A DNA stretch of 64,000 bases from Octopus sinensis (GCF_006345805.1 NC_043015.1:48422001-48486000); one strand, 5' to 3'. Positions 38,329 through 52,720 are shown, counted from the first letter of the stretch. Program-made: numbers and translations. The notes: generated from the letters alone by a model not told the origin.

Positions 38329-39112
38329 CCTTGAGAGAAAAGTTGGACCTAAGAAGCATCAGATATAGTGTGCAAGAGAGACAACTGCGCTGGTATGGTC
38401 ATGTGGTGAGAATGGATGAGGATAGCTGTGTGAAAAAGTGCCACACCCTAGTGGTTGAGGGAACCTGTGGAAGAGGTAGACCCAGGAAGACCTGGGATAA
38501 AGTGGTGAAGCATGACCTTCGAACATTAGGCCTCACCAAGGCAATGACTAGTGACCGAGACTTTTGGAAATATACTGTGCTTGAGAAGACTCGGCAAGCC
38601 AAGTGAGACCATAACCTCGTGGCCTATGCCAGGGGTGTAACCAGCCCACTTATGCATACCTTTCCTTCATTTAACAGACCTGCTTGCGAAGACCTGTTGA
38701 GGCAAGTGAAATCGAAATAAAATTCGATGACTGGCATCCATGCTAGCGGAGAGCTAAGAGCACCATTCGAGCATGATTGTTACCAGCATCACCTTACTGG
38801 CACTTGTGCTGGTGGCACGTGAAAAACATTCGAGCAAGGTCATTAACAGTACCGCTGGACTGGCTCCTGTGCAGGTGGCAAATAAAAACACCATTTGAGT
38901 GTGGCTGTTGCCAGTACCGCCTGATTGGCTCTCGTGCCGGTGGCACATAAAAGCACCCACTACACTCTTAGAGTGGTCAGCATTAGGAAGGGCATCCAGC
39001 TGTAGAATCTCTGCCAGATTAAGATTGGAGCCTGGTGCAGCCATCTGGTTCGCCATTCCTCAGTCAAATCGTCCAACCCATGCTAGCATGGAAAGCAGAT
39101 GATGATGATGAT
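38329..39112 (+). mobile_element. 5'-truncated RTE-type LINE (RT C-terminus, 3' UTR, (GAT)n tail)
   Basis: ERQLRWYGHVVRMDEDSCVKK...EGTCGRGRPRKTWDKVVKHDL, followed by the shared 3' UTR. Confidence 0.88.
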
Positions 39113-40402
39113 ACACACACACATAGAAAATCAAATAGATCTTGGCAAATTAACTTAGAAGCACCTCTGTGTATCTTTGGTTAAACAGATTACTCCAAAG
39201 AAAATATATCAGGTGATTTATTTTGTTTACTGTGTGTATGTGTGTGCATGTGCATATGTGTTGTCATAAAGTACATAGGCTATAAGTTTTATAATTTACA
39301 GTCTATGTCCTTTATAACTCAGTGTCTTGAGAATGGCCTTTCAATACTTTGTTCTCAGTGCCTTGAGGTTGACCTTCAATATTTCATTCATCAGCTTTTG
39401 TGGGCACTAGTGTGTTAATGCAGATGAATGACCTGTGAGAGCCTTTCATTTTCACACCATACACATAAGGTCACTGTAAGAAAGTTTTGGGTGGGTGATG
39501 AGTTTGATAAGAAATTTAGGAGGTAGATATAACCAGTGTTGTTTACAGTTCTCATCGTCATCTTTGCTTAACGTCCACTTTCTATGGTGGGATGGGTTGC
39601 ACAGTTTGACAGGGAGCTGTCCAGATTCCAACTCTCTGTTGTGGCATAGTTTCTATGGCTGGAGTGTGCTGGGTGTTTTATATGTTCTACTGGTTCCATG
39701 GATGCATTTTAAGTGGCACCAGCACCTGAAAGGACAAGCCTGTATAAGTGGAAGACAGTGATTTTTCTTAGCTTGTTATGTTTTATCAAGTGCAGCAAAT
39801 TACCACATCTGGTCCCTTGTGATTTCCTCAGTGAAGAATTATACTTTTTTAGGTTACAATACAGAAGTGGTTTTCTTGAGAACATTTCAAAAATGAGAGA
39901 ACAACTCAAAACAAATCAAAATCGAAATCAACATCAATGGAATTTGTAGTTATGATACCAGTGCTGATGGCATGTAAGAGAACCATCTGAACGTGGCCGT
40001 AGCCAGCGCCGCATCACCTGGCCTCTGTGCCGGTGGCACGTAACAAACACCATCTGATCGTGGCTGTTGCCAGCCTCGCCTGGCCTCCGTGCCGGTGGCA
40101 TGTAAAAAGCACCATCCGAGCGCGGCCGTTCGCCAGCCTCGTCTGGCACCTGTGTCGGTGCCACGTAAAAAGCACCCACTACACTCACGGAGTGGTTGGC
40201 GTTAGGAAGGGCATCTAGCTGTAGAAACACTGCCAGATCAGACTGGGCCTGGTGCAGCCTTCTGGCTTCCCAGACCCCAGTTGAACCGTCCAACCCATGT
40301 TAGCATGGAAATCGGATGTTAAACGATGATGATGATGATGATTTATATTCTGATGACCATACTTCCATAGCAAATCTGTCAAAGAGCTGAAGAAATAATT
40401 CA

Positions 40403-40616
40403 AATTCTGTTGTGTCTGGGGAGAGTCATTTTCTTTTTGTGCCTTATAATGTAACACATTCACTGATAAAATTTCCACTTATTTCTTATTTTTATTTACC
40501 GAAAATTTTTGTTGCGTCTTGCAACCTTTTCAATAGTCTTGTGGAAATTTTACCGGTGAATGTGTTACATTATAGGGTACAAAAAGAAAATGACTCTCCC
40601 CAGACACAACAAAATA
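40403..40616. mobile_element. Small foldback element/MITE with about 70-bp inverted arms
   Basis: tgttgtgtctggggagagtcattttctttttgt...aaatttccac pairs with gtggaaatttt...acaaaaagaaaatgactctccccagacacaaca. Confidence 0.7.
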
Positions 40617-41628
40617 TGCTTCAACACATGAACTCATATAAAGAATCTTGCAAACCAAATCCAAAAACGAAAAATAATTCAAAACAATGAAGAATTGTCT
40701 GGAGCACCTAGAACAAAAAGCCAATTCCTATGAGAAAATACATAATCCTATTGGAAAGTGGCCTTGATTATAGGTAGAAACTTAATATTATGAATTCAGT
40801 GCAAGCTTTGAGTACACAATTAGGAAGATTTCTGGCAGGCTGACAGAGAGGCAGAACTTCAAATAAAGCAGGATATACCAGAGTCGTTATCAGTAAACGA
40901 TGGTTTCTTTATTATTTATGTGATGTGACTAACGATAGAGAAGATTTTACATAAAACATTAGTTTACTGCAGTTGGAAAGCAGTGGAAGAAGGCGAAGAA
41001 GCTGTTAACTCCATTGACAACAAACAGTTTATGTGTAGGTAGCTGTATGATGTTGCATGGTAGTGAGACATCATGGCTAGTCAAAGATCAACAGCAGCTG
41101 GAGAGAGGAAGAGTCAGGAGGGAGAGAGGGAGAGAGAGAGAGAAATGAGGTGAGCATGAACTGTTGGGGATGTGCTATTAATTAGCACGATTGATGGAAT
41201 ATGAGTGAACTGAGACAAAAGTTGTATATTTCTGGCATTGGCCCATATATACATACAGCAGATGTTATTGCACTAATGGGACATGTGATGTGTACTTGAC
41301 AACAAAAAGGTGTCAAGGAAAGTAGCTTCATAATAAAAAAGTCATAGGAAATATGAATAAAAAGTAGGTGTAGGAGTGGCTGTGTGGTAAATAGCTTGCT
41401 TATGAACCACATAATTCCGGGCAAGTGTCTTCTACTATAGCTTCGGGCTGACCAAAGCCTTGTGAGCGGAATTGGTAGACGGAAACTGAAAGAAGTACCT
41501 TACAACTCCACTTTGTTTTATATATATAAACATAAAAGACTTTTTCTATTCCTGAGCGTTATACTAATACATCTGTTTGTTTTATACACCACCTGTCTTC
41601 GTCTTTTGTTTTTTTCGTAAACTCTCCC

Positions 41629-41751
<123 letters not shown>

Positions 41752-43355
41752 TACGATGGGCTTCTTTCAGTTTCCATCTACCAAATCCACTCACAAGGCT
41801 TTGGTCGGCCCGAGGCTATAGTAGAAGACACTTGCCCAAGGTGCCATGCAGTGGGAATGAACCCGGAACCATGTTGTTGGTAAGCAAGCTGAAAATTCAT
41901 AACACAAGAAATAATCAATGAAAACACCACAGAACCAAATAACTTCCTGTCATCATCATCATCACCATTGTTATGATCATTATCATCATCATCATCATTA
42001 ACATCTGTTTTCCTTCATGGGTTGGATGGTTGGCATCATGTAAATTACAAAAATTAATATCCTAAACAATGCATCACTGGTGATTATTCAACCTCTAACA
42101 ACACTAATATTTGATTGGAACTTTTTCCAATGTCTGTCACTGAAGAGTTGAAGATACAATATCTCAACATGGCAAAGGCGGCGAGCTGGCAGAAACATTA
42201 GCACGTCAGGCGAAATGCTTAGCGGTATTTCGTCTGCCATTACATTGTGAGTTCAAATTCCGCTGAGGTCGACTTTACCTTTCATCCTTTCGGGGTTGAT
42301 AAATTAAGTACCAGTTACGCACTGGGGTCGATGTAATCGACTTAATACCTATGTCTGTCCTTGTTTGTCCCCTCTATGTTTAGCCCCTTGTGGATAATAA
42401 AGAAATAGATACGATATCTCAACATTTAAGGAAGTGAGCTAGCAGAATCATTAGGACACTGGACATAATACTTAGCAGCATTCCATCTGGAGCTCAAATT
42501 CCACTGAAGACAACCTTACCTGTCATCCTTTCAGAGTTGATAAAATAAGTACCAGTTGGCGCCGATGTAATTGACTTAACTCCTCCCCACAAATTGCTGG
42601 CTTTTTGCCAAAATTTGAAACCAGTATCTCAAAATTTATATTTTAGTATGATCAGTAAGAACATGTCTGTTATTAACTACCACTGCTGATTAAAAACTGT
42701 CTTTACACCAATTTTCAAGTCTTAGGAGATGATGGTCTTACTTCTGGAAAGCCATAAGATCAACAACATCTCTTCTGCAGTTCAGAGTGGAGAAAAGTAG
42801 TTGATGGTCTATGCTCCACATGAAGTGAAGAGTTTAATTAAGTAAGCTTAACCATCTTTTCTTTTAACTCTTTAGCATTTAACCCAGCCATATGCAACCC
42901 CAAATATTCTACCTGCTTCATAATAATGAACTTATTGTATACAGTGCTCAGGTATGAAAGTTACCTTTTTGAGTCATGCCAACTCCTAAAGACTGGTTTC
43001 TGTGATGTATAAATTCCCCAACTGGACGGGATGCTGGTTTTACAAACAAGAATGATCCTAAATTTAATGGTCTCATACATAAAATAGATTATGATAACAG
43101 AGACATCTTGACTCACATTTATTGTACGAGGGGGTGCTGAAAAGATCCTGGCTTTAAAGGTATTGCAAAAGGCCTGGTTGGAGCTCCAACCTTCCGAGTT
43201 CTTTTACAGGGCTTAGGAAAACTGAAGGCTTCAAGGGTAGTAGAAGATGGAAAAGCTGTTAACTCCATTGACAACAAACAGTTTGTGTAGGTAGCTTGTA
43301 TGATGTTGCATGGTAGTGAGACAACAGTGAAAGTTCAACAGCAGCTGGAGAGAGG

Positions 43356-43457
<102 letters not shown>

Positions 43458-45694
43458 TTATCGTGAAAGGCCTGGTTGGAGTTCTTTTATAGGGCTTAGA
43501 AAAACTGAAGGGTTGCTGTGATAAGTGTGTGAATCTGAGAGGGAAATATGTTGAATAAAATCATAATTAACTGATCCTCCTGTATTTTCTTTTACCCAAA
43601 TCTAGGAACTTTTCAGCATTCCCTATCATCATCATCATCATCATTTAATATCTGCTTTATGGGTTGGACGGTTCAACTGGGGTCTGGGAAGCCAGAAGGC
43701 TGCACCAGGCCCAGTCTGATCTGGCAGTGTTTCTACAGCTGGATGCCCTTCCTAACGCCAACCACTCCGTGAGTGTAATGGGTGCTTTTTACGTGCCACC
43801 GGCACAGGTGCCAGACGAGGCTGGCAAACAGCCACGATCAGATGGTGCTTTTTACGTGCCACTGGCACGGAGACCAGACGAAGCTGGCAACAGCCACGAT
43901 CGGATGGTGCCTTTTTACGTGCCACCGGCACGGAGGCCAGTCAGGGCGGCGCTGGCTACGGCCACGTTCGGATGGTTTTCTTACATGCCGCCGGCACTGC
44001 TAACACAGCTACAAATTCCATTGATGTTGATTGATTTTGATTGTACATCATAATTCTGTTCAAACATCACAAATTTAGTGCTATTTCTTTCATGTAGAAA
44101 AGATCTCAATTTAACTCCTTCTTGGTAAAAAGCAATCCTTAGTTTCTTTGGTTATTGTATAAAAAATCTCAAAACAATACTTCTTCTGAGAGATTTTTCC
44201 CCCTTAATAGCATTGAAATTCCTAATTCTTAAAAAGAATTTGGATGGATCATAAGATTGTTTAGTTTATCACAGAAAATGGTTGGCACATTTCTTACAGA
44301 TAAAGAAAGCCCTCGATGAAATGTTTCACTTTTCTCATTCCTCAAAAAGTTGTTCCAACTTTCAGAAATATTGATATAAAAAAATTTTTTGTTCTATTCC
44401 ACCCACATTTTATAGATAACACAGATGTGTCAGACATTGCTCCAGTTGCAACATTATCACAAGAATTCCATGTAAAATGGGAAAATGGTGCAGGTACGGC
44501 CATGTGGTTAAGAAATTTACTTCCCAAACACATGGTTCTGGGTTCAGTCTCACTGCATGGTACTTAGGATTAGTGTCTTCTAACTATAGCCCCAGATCAA
44601 CCAAAGCCATGTGAGTGAATTTGGTAGACAGAAACTTTAAAAAGCCCATCATATAAATCATATCTATGTGTATGTGTTTATCACCTACCACTGTTAGAAA
44701 CCGGTGTTGGTTTTTTTTTTATGTCCCTGTAAATTTACAGTTTGGCAAAAAAAAAGAAAGAAAAAAAGGAGACTGATAGAATACCAGACTTAAAAAAGAA
44801 AATAAGTACAAGGATTTATTTGTTCAACTACACTCTTCGAGGTGGTGCCCCAGCATGGCCACATTTCAATGACTGAGACATGTAAAAAAGGATAACAGAT
44901 AATACCAATCATGATACTTAATGTTTGAAAGAATTATATTCAATCTTTTTAAGATAACTTCATCCAGCCAGCCATTTTCTTTAACCCTTTAGCATATAAA
45001 CCAATCATATCTAGCCCAAATATTTCACCTGTTTTATGTTCAAACCAACAAGATCTAGCCTCTTACACCTACCCTACAATGTTAATTTAGAATTAAAATA
45101 ATCACATCATTGAAATCTCAAAGCTAAGATATTAACATTTAACAGAGTAATCTCGATGCTAAATGGTTAAAGGTGTCGTTCCAAGCTTGACCATGCACCA
45201 CAAGGTCCGGTCAATGTTGTTTTGTGGTGGCTTGAGTGTCTCAATGACCCAGATAGCTCTGGCCATGCAGTGCACAAGCTCTTTGTAGGGCCCTTCATGT
45301 TGGACAGGTTAAAGGCCAGTCTAACATGGATCACCTTTTCACAGGGATAAAAATGGGTTTACAGGAGCATTGGTGGCAATTCAGAACCAACAAGACCAGG
45401 GAGATGATGGTCTTTGGAAAGCCATAAGATCAACAACATCTCTTCTGCAGTTCAGAGTTGTGAAGAGTGGAGAAAAGTTAGTTGATGGTCTATGCTCCAC
45501 ATGAAGTGACGAGTTTAAGTAAGTAAGCTTAACCATCATATCTTTTAACTCTTTAGCATTTAACCCGGCCATATGCAACCTAAATATTCTACCTGCTTCA
45601 TAATAATGAACTTATTGTATACAGTGCTCAGGTGTAAAAGCTTTTGAGTCATGCCAACTCATAAAGGCTGGTTTCTGTGATGTATAAATTCCCT

Positions 45695-46441
45695 GGATCT
45701 TTTCCTTTTGAACAGCAGTTTTCAACACAATTTCTAGTTAACTAAACACTTTTAAACTTCGTATACTGGTAGAATGTGTTAAAGTAAAACATTTTTTTCT
45801 CTTGGCTTTCTTGAGAAAATTGTAATTTGTAAGTTTAACGTAGTTTAATTTTTCGAATTTTAACCAATCCTATGCTCTCTTTTGAGCTAAAATCATTTGT
45901 TGCGTCTAAAACTGATACAGCATCCTGTCACTGTTATGTTTACGTTCGGAAAGCATGTGTATAAAATTATAGAATTAGTTTCTTTGTTAATTATTTTCCA
46001 TTGCTTTCGTTTTAGCCTTTCATTGTTTTTCTGAAGCAATGGAAAATAGTTTAAACAATACACGTGTATCTCAAAACAAAAACAAAACAAATAATTTTAG
46101 ACACACGCGTAACAATTAAATTAATTTAACAATTAAGAAAAAAGAACCGAAAGGCTAAAATTTAGGGTTAGGGTTAGGGTTAGTGTAAGGTTAGGGTTGG
46201 GGTCAGTGACAGGGTGTTGTCTCAGTTTTAGACGCAGCAAATGATTTTAGCTAAATAGAGGCCATTGATTGGTTAAAATTCGAAAAATTAAACTACGTTA
46301 AACTTATAAATTACAATTTTCTCAAGAAAGCCAAGAGAAAAAAATGTTTTATTTTGACACATTCTACCAGTATACAAAGTTTAAAAGTGTTTAGTTAATT
46401 AGAAATTGTGTTGAAAATTGCCATTCAAAAGGAAAAGATCC
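45695..46441. mobile_element. Long-TIR (about 225 bp) foldback element with 8-bp TSD, Merlin-like
   Basis: Ends GGATCTTTTCC...GGAAAAGATCC, TSD aattccct/aattcccc, internal (TTAGGG)n. Confidence 0.8.
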
Positions 46442-46669
46442 AATTCCCCATCTGGACGGGACGCTGGTCTGTCGCAGGATTACTCACTTTTGCCAGCTGA
46501 GTGGACTGGAGCAACGTGAAATGAAGTGTTTTTCTCAAGAACACAACACATTGGTTGGTCCAGGAATCAAAACCACAGTCTTATGATGTTTGTTCCTTGT
46601 CGAGCCACGCCTGGCTCATAAGGGCCGGTTTCCTGGTTTCTTTGGCGTATAGGTTCCCCACCTGGACAG

Positions 46670-46885
46670 GGTGCCAGTCCATCACAGGTGAGCTGCAAGA
46701 TGCAGGAGGAAAGAGTGAGAGAAAGTTGTGGCGAAAGAGTCAGCAGAAGTTTCGTCGTTACCTTCTGCTGGAGCCATGTAGAGCTTAGGTGTTTCGCTCA
46801 TAAACACACACATCGCCGGTCTGAGATTCGAACCTGCGATCCCTCGACCGCGAGTCCACTGCTCTAACCACTAGGCCATGTCCCT
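46670..46885 (-). mobile_element. tRNA-headed SINE (family E)
   Basis: Head GGACATGGCCTAGTGGTTAGAGCAGTGGACTCGCGGTCGAGGGATCGCAGGTTCGAATCTC with A- and B-boxes. A second copy lies at about 56435-56590(+). Confidence 0.7.
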
Positions 46886-47647
46886 ACATACATACATAGG
46901 ATCACTCCATCGGTTGCGATGACGAGGGTCCCAGCTGATATGATCAACGGAACTGCTTGCTCGTGAAATTAACGTGCAAGTGGCTGAGCACTCCACAGAC
47001 AGGTGTACCCTTAACGTAATTCTCGGGGAGATTCAGCATGACACAGAGTGTGACAAGGTTGACCCTTTAAAATACAGGTACTACTCATTTTTGCCAGCTG
47101 AGTGGACTGGAGCAACGTGAAATAAAGTGTCTTGCTCAAGGACACAACGACCCTAACCACTAAGCCACGCACCTTCACTTACATACATACATACGTATAT
47201 ATTAACAATATCAATAATAAGGATTACTACGAAGTTGCATAGCATTACCTTTAATTCTATAATTTATATACCGATGTTGGTGTGTTTATGTCCCCGTAAC
47301 TTAGCGGTTCAGCAAACGAGACCGATAGGGTAAGTATTAGGCTAACAAAGGATAAGTCCTTGGGTCGACATGTTCATTTATTCTTTTACCTGTTTCAATA
47401 ATTTGACTGCAGCCATGCCGGAGTACCACCTTGAGAGGTTTTTTGGTCGAACAAATTGACCCAAGGACTTATGCTAAGTTACGAGGACGTAAACACAGCA
47501 ACATCGGTTGGTGGTGGTGAGACAAACACAAATATAGACATATGCATACATGTGTGTGTATGTGTGTGTGTATATATATATGCATATATTTGTTTGAGAG
47601 AGAGAGAGAGATACACACACATATGTATGTATATACACACTAGCATT

Positions 47648-47678
<31 letters not shown>

Positions 47679-47925
47679 TATTGCAAGCAATTCCTTCGTC
47701 GAATTAATTTCGTAATTATATGCGTGAGAGACACGAAACAATAGAATGACATATTTTAGGGATAATCCTGAAGAATATCCATATATCTGGACACCGATAT
47801 AAAAAGATTATATGAAAGAATTATAACTGATTTGAGAATTCTTCCAAAGTCAGTTGTAATATATGGATCTTACATTTGGTTTGAATTCTAGAAAATTTTT
47901 AAAGAAATAGAGTAAGCTTACGTAC

Positions 47926-48474
47926 ATGCAAAGCCGTAGAATTATTTCTATATTCTCTCATATTGATGTCAGCTCCAGCTTCAATTAAATAATTAACCAA
48001 AGTGGTTGAATATTCTAGACAGGCCAGCATAAGTGGAGTAACACCTCTCGTTGTTTGGCGATTTAATTCAGCTCCTCGACTAACAATTAACTTCATGTCT
48101 TCGATACATGCAGCCTGCACAGCACAATGAAGAGGCGTGTTCCCTTTGTGATCAGAATCTTTCGCTAAACTAGGTTCCTTTTCCAGTAAATATTCGGTAA
48201 TTTCCCGTCTTCCTGCCATGATGCTGTACATTATTGGTGTTTGACCCCAGCGGTCACTGGCATCCGCCGATCCGCCGTAATCCAGTAAAACTTTCAAACA
48301 CTCCAACCGACCTTTTTCCGATGCAATGTGAATCATTGATTTAGCTGGAATACCGTTCAAATCATAACAATAAGTGTCAGCCTCGGCTCCCATTTTTAAA
48401 ATTTCCCGCAGCGCTACCGGATCGTCGTCTTCTATGGCAAGGAGCATGGCCACATCTTGGTCTGTTACATCCAT
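47926..48474 (-). CDS. ASB-type gene, alternative first coding exon B (183 codons, about 5 ankyrin repeats plus the start of a 6th)
   Basis: ATG at 48474 (MDVTDQDV...), with motifs WGQTPIMYSI, GNTPLHCAV and GVTPLMLAC. The phase-0 donor CAT|GTACGT (GT at 47925) gives TALH|LAVLTKHVDVVEILL, a consensus ankyrin repeat across the junction. Confidence 0.88.
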
Positions 48475-49210
48475 TTGGCTTGCTTTTAATAATTGACAAT
48501 CAGACCAAAAAAAAAAAACAACAACAAACAAGGGTGTTATGTAATTTTTATGAACTTACTTTGCTTTACTTTTAAATTTCAAAACCAGAAAAGTTTAGTT
48601 AAGTGAAATCGATCGATAATTATGTTCATAAAATTCTAAATTATAACTTCAAAATGTCTACATCTGTATACGTAATTGTTTTGTTGGTGTATCTTAGCAG
48701 AATATACTAACGTGAGAGTCTCTTCTTGCTAATAACACAAGCTGAAAAGAGTACAATTATTAAAATAGTCTGTTGAAACTCTATCGCTTTTACTTCAAGG
48801 AGAGGAGTTTGCCTGTTGTCCTCTTCTTTAACAAGATCAGTCTGCTAGTATCAGACACTTCTACATAGAATCCTTCTCGCTGTTATCTTAACTACATTCT
48901 TGTGCTATTTACCAATTGGCCTTCACTTTTGCAATCTGTGCAAGATATAACTTGGGCAAAATGCCAAATACTTTACAGTGACAATAAACACATATTTATA
49001 TTTACAGATACGTATATATATATATATATATATAATTTAGAGGAAACAATTGTTTTAGCACACAGGTTTCACTTTGGGAATTTTATTCCTATCACCATTA
49101 TATACACACACAAACAGGATTGTTTAACTTTCCCGAGAAACTAAATTTTAAAACATATTCGAATTAAAATAAATTTAAATCACAATCACTTTCAATGATT
49201 CCGTATGTGC

Positions 49211-49241
<31 letters not shown>

Positions 49242-49539
49242 CACAACTATGAGAGAGATCCACTATGTAGACGCTCTTATGCTAGATATAGATCCGAAAA
49301 TGGACTCAACCACTAAGAATTGTTCTCAATTATATATATATATATGAATGCATGTGTGTATAGATATATACACGCATGTATGCATATAATATGTACGCAT
49401 ACATATATGTATGCATATATTTGCATGTATGTATTTAAGTGTATTCGTTGACTGGGCAACAATTCTCTTTAATGGAAGTATATTAATGATATTCATTTAT
49501 GTTACAAAGAAATGCCTTTATTATTATATAATGTAGCTA

Positions 49540-50560
49540 TATGTTTATTGATACTATATCAACAGAAACAAAAGACACCCCTGTTTACAATGGAAAACAG
49601 AACAGAAAATCACGACATCCATGATTTTCCAAACAGCAACTGTAACAGAAATTATGGCTGCAATCAATTGGATTACTTTGGGCGACTGAAATATTTGTAC
49701 AGCGTCTCAGATCTTTTTTTATAGTATTCTGATTTGAGATATTCTTGTACAAGAGGGTCACCAACTATTCAGATTTGAAATATTTTCACATCCTGAAGAG
49801 GAATTTTAACTTTTAGTATGCAAGGTGATATTTTAGTCGCAAATGCTCCGGCATCATCGACTATGCGGTTTGATATCTTTAGCTATTTGAATTGGGATGA
49901 CATAAGACAGCTATTGGCCAACTGCAGCTCGTGGGACTCTCTGAAAGGCATGTCGAACGAAAAATTAGCTTCGACTCTTTTCTTTCAGTGGTGCGGCCCG
50001 CTTGATAATGATGTATGTCTCGTGCAGCTCGCTTCTCGAAGAAGGTTGCCAATGCCTGATATAAGGTTAACGACAGTGTTCTGTAACTGGTCAATAAAAC
50101 CAGTTGTCGTGCCCCTGTTGCGTGATGGGATCATATACAAACAACTTTTCTAGATATTTCTCGTTACTAATTTGCACAAAAGCTCTGCAGATTTTTCTTC
50201 TTTTTCTTTTTTGCCATCGCCATAGGCATTCCAAGTTCTCATGTCTGTGCAATCCATTCTAACACCTTCCCGTTACTTTGAGTTTGAAGTCGCTTCATTT
50301 GTCCAATTCTCCGAGAAAGACTTTAACCAGAAAACGTCACCAGTTCCTGAGACACAGAACCTCCTTTGCTCAAGATTGACAGATTTATTTTAATTTCAGT
50401 TGAATTTGAAATAAGAAATATTTTCACTGACAGAGCTGCAAGCCCTGCATCAAACTCGAAGATTAGCTCTGTGTTTAATGGCTATTTTACTCTCATGTCC
50501 ACCAACTCATCAATAAGTAGATTATTCAAATCATTTAGCAAGAATAGTTAGAAGAAGGCT
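49540..50560 (-). pseudogene. Degenerate hAT (Charlie/SPIN, GTF2IRD2-like) transposase remnant
   Basis: Stop-ridden minus-strand frames give DELVDMRVK*PLNTELIFEF, RIVDDAGAFATKI, YLKSEYYKKRSETLYKYF and LLFGKSWMS*FSVLFSIVN in the order expected for Charlie-type transposases. Compared from memory, not aligned. Confidence 0.5.
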
Positions 50561-51046
50561 TTGTTAATATCTAGGTTAAACAAAAAACAGCAAACTTAGT
50601 TTTCTCCTTAGAATTAACAAGGGTAACAAACTATGGGTGTGTTACAAAGAAAGCAAGATTTTAATGGTTTCATTCTACGGAGACCATGTCATCAATCCCT
50701 GGGTAGGGAGATCAAATGAAAGTACTGAAGAGATAGTTTACCATATTTTCCATCAACTTTGATACGTTGGGAAAGATGATGACAGGTTGATAAATATCAG
50801 GATGAGAGATATTATCTTTCTTGCGAAAAATATACACAGTTTAATGCTTTTTATTGCATCACTTTCCGGCACTGTACACCCACCAGTTAGTCTGTAGCTA
50901 AAAAAAAAAAAATGTATATCTTACCAAACAACAATTTCCTTAAAATAACTCAACTGTTTACTTTTAATACAATTCAACTTTTTATTTCATACGTCTGGTG
51001 TTTTTGTTTTCCCCAAACGATGCTGAATATTCTGGATGGGCACTAA

Positions 51047-51830
51047 TCTATATATATAAAGCTGAAGTTGTCTGTGTATGGCAGGTTTGATAGCCTTCAA
51101 CTAACACTATCTCCTCCAAGACCCTGCGGCGCAAGTTGACCAAAATTGAGAGTATGAAAGAAGAAGGCTTGCTTTTCATTTCGTAGAAGATAAAATTCAA
51201 ATCGGACCATGTTAAGACCAAAAATTATTTACATCAAAAAGGTGCTTTTTTTTCTATGAAATCCCTATTTTTTACGATTTTTTGACTGCCGTGTCGCCAT
51301 TTTTCGGTGTATTTCAACCAGAAAAATGTTCACTTAAAGAGAATAACAAGCTACACAATGCAAAATTTTTACTTTTCAAAAATTCCAATTCTAAATGGTC
51401 GAAACAAACCCGAGCAACGCCGGGCGATACTGCTAGTCTATATATATATATAAGGCTGAAGTTGTCTGTGTGTGGCAGGTTTGGTAGCCTTCAACTAACA
51501 CCATCTCCTCCGAGACCCTGCGGCGCAAGTTGACCAAAATTGAGAGTATGATAGAAGAAGGCTTGCTCTTCCTTCCGTAGAAGAAAAAATTCAAATCGGA
51601 CCATGTTAAGACCAAAAATTATTTACATCAGAAAGGTGCTTTTTTTCTATGAAAATCCCTATTTTTTACGATTTTTTTACTGCCGTGTCGCCATTTTTCG
51701 GTGTATTTCAACCAGAAAAATGTTCACTCAAAGAGAATAACAAGCTACATAATGCAAAATTTTTACTTTTCAAAAATTCCAATTCTAAAGGGTGGAAACT
51801 AACCCGAGCAACGCCGGGCGATACTGCTAG
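51047..51830 (+). mobile_element. Head-to-tail dimer of a non-autonomous Helitron (51047-51436 and 51437-51830)
   Basis: Each unit starts TCTATATATATAA and ends CCCGAGCAACGCCGGGCGATACTGCTAG. The junction is CTAG|TC and the outer flanks are A and T. Confidence 0.85.
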
Positions 51831-52392
51831 TTTGTAATAATGCCAAAGTGGAGTTACTGTAAATCCGAAGATGCACCATTAAATAGTGATGGAGCAGTGC
51901 CGTCCAGGGCACCTCGTTACAGACAAGCATGCAGCATGCAATTTAATCTCATTAATATTATGTTTATTATGATGCTTCATGAATTCTCTTATATTTACAG
52001 TGTTGGTTATAAATATAATTTTTGGTACAATCACAGGAAATTATATAACTTTAACGAGATATTTGTAGAATAAAACAGAGCACATTTCTGCTCTAGTCAT
52101 TATCGTTATAATTAGCGATAACATCATCATCAACGACAACAATAACTTCAAGAAGAATAACAACAAAAACAGCCTGCATCCGTTTTAGAAATAGATGTAC
52201 GACTTCATTGTTTTTATCTGGCGGTCTATTGCCTGGTCTTTGGTCTGTTTTCTAACACCCAACATTGTAAACAAACCCATCTGGCGGTCAGCTGTTGACC
52301 TGATTTCCAATGATGCGCTTACAAAAGGTTTCTTCTGTTGTCTTAGCTGGGATATGTAAATGAAAGTTTCCAGTATTTTGGCCTTTATCAGT

Positions 52393-52395
52393 CTG

Positions 52396-52486
<91 letters not shown>

Positions 52487-52643
52487 ATCTATCTATTTAT
52501 CTATCTATATATTTCTCTAGTTCTCTATCTATCTATCTGTCAATCTATCTATTTCTCTATCTATCTATCCATCTATTTCTCTATCTATCTATCTATTTCT
52601 CTATCTATCTATCAATTTCTCTATCTATCTATCTATCTATTTC

Positions 52644-52703
<60 letters not shown>

Positions 52704-52720
52704 CCTATCTATCTATCTAT
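52393..52720. repeat. (CTAT)n tetranucleotide array
   Basis: Directly visible. Confidence 0.95.

Noticed and set aside
46815-46885. Intact tRNA gene
   Set aside because: The tRNA-like head continues into a SINE body and has no proper acceptor stem.
47921-47921. Alternative exon B donor C|GTAAGC four nt downstream
   Set aside because: It is phase 1 and would frameshift on exon C. The phase-0 site matches the exon A position.
48475-48531. N-terminal extension MFVVVFFFWSDCQLLKASQ of the exon B ORF
   Set aside because: It starts at TTG within a poly-T tract. The first ATG at 48474 aligns with the paralogous exon A.
49590-49660. CSHNFCYSC RING-like motif on the minus strand
   Set aside because: It lacks the first CxxC pair, is bounded by stops, and overlaps the hAT C-terminal frame, so it is likely chance.
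49818-50153. 111-aa plus-strand ORF between exons A and B
   Set aside because: No recognisable domain. It is better explained as the antisense frame of the hAT fossil.
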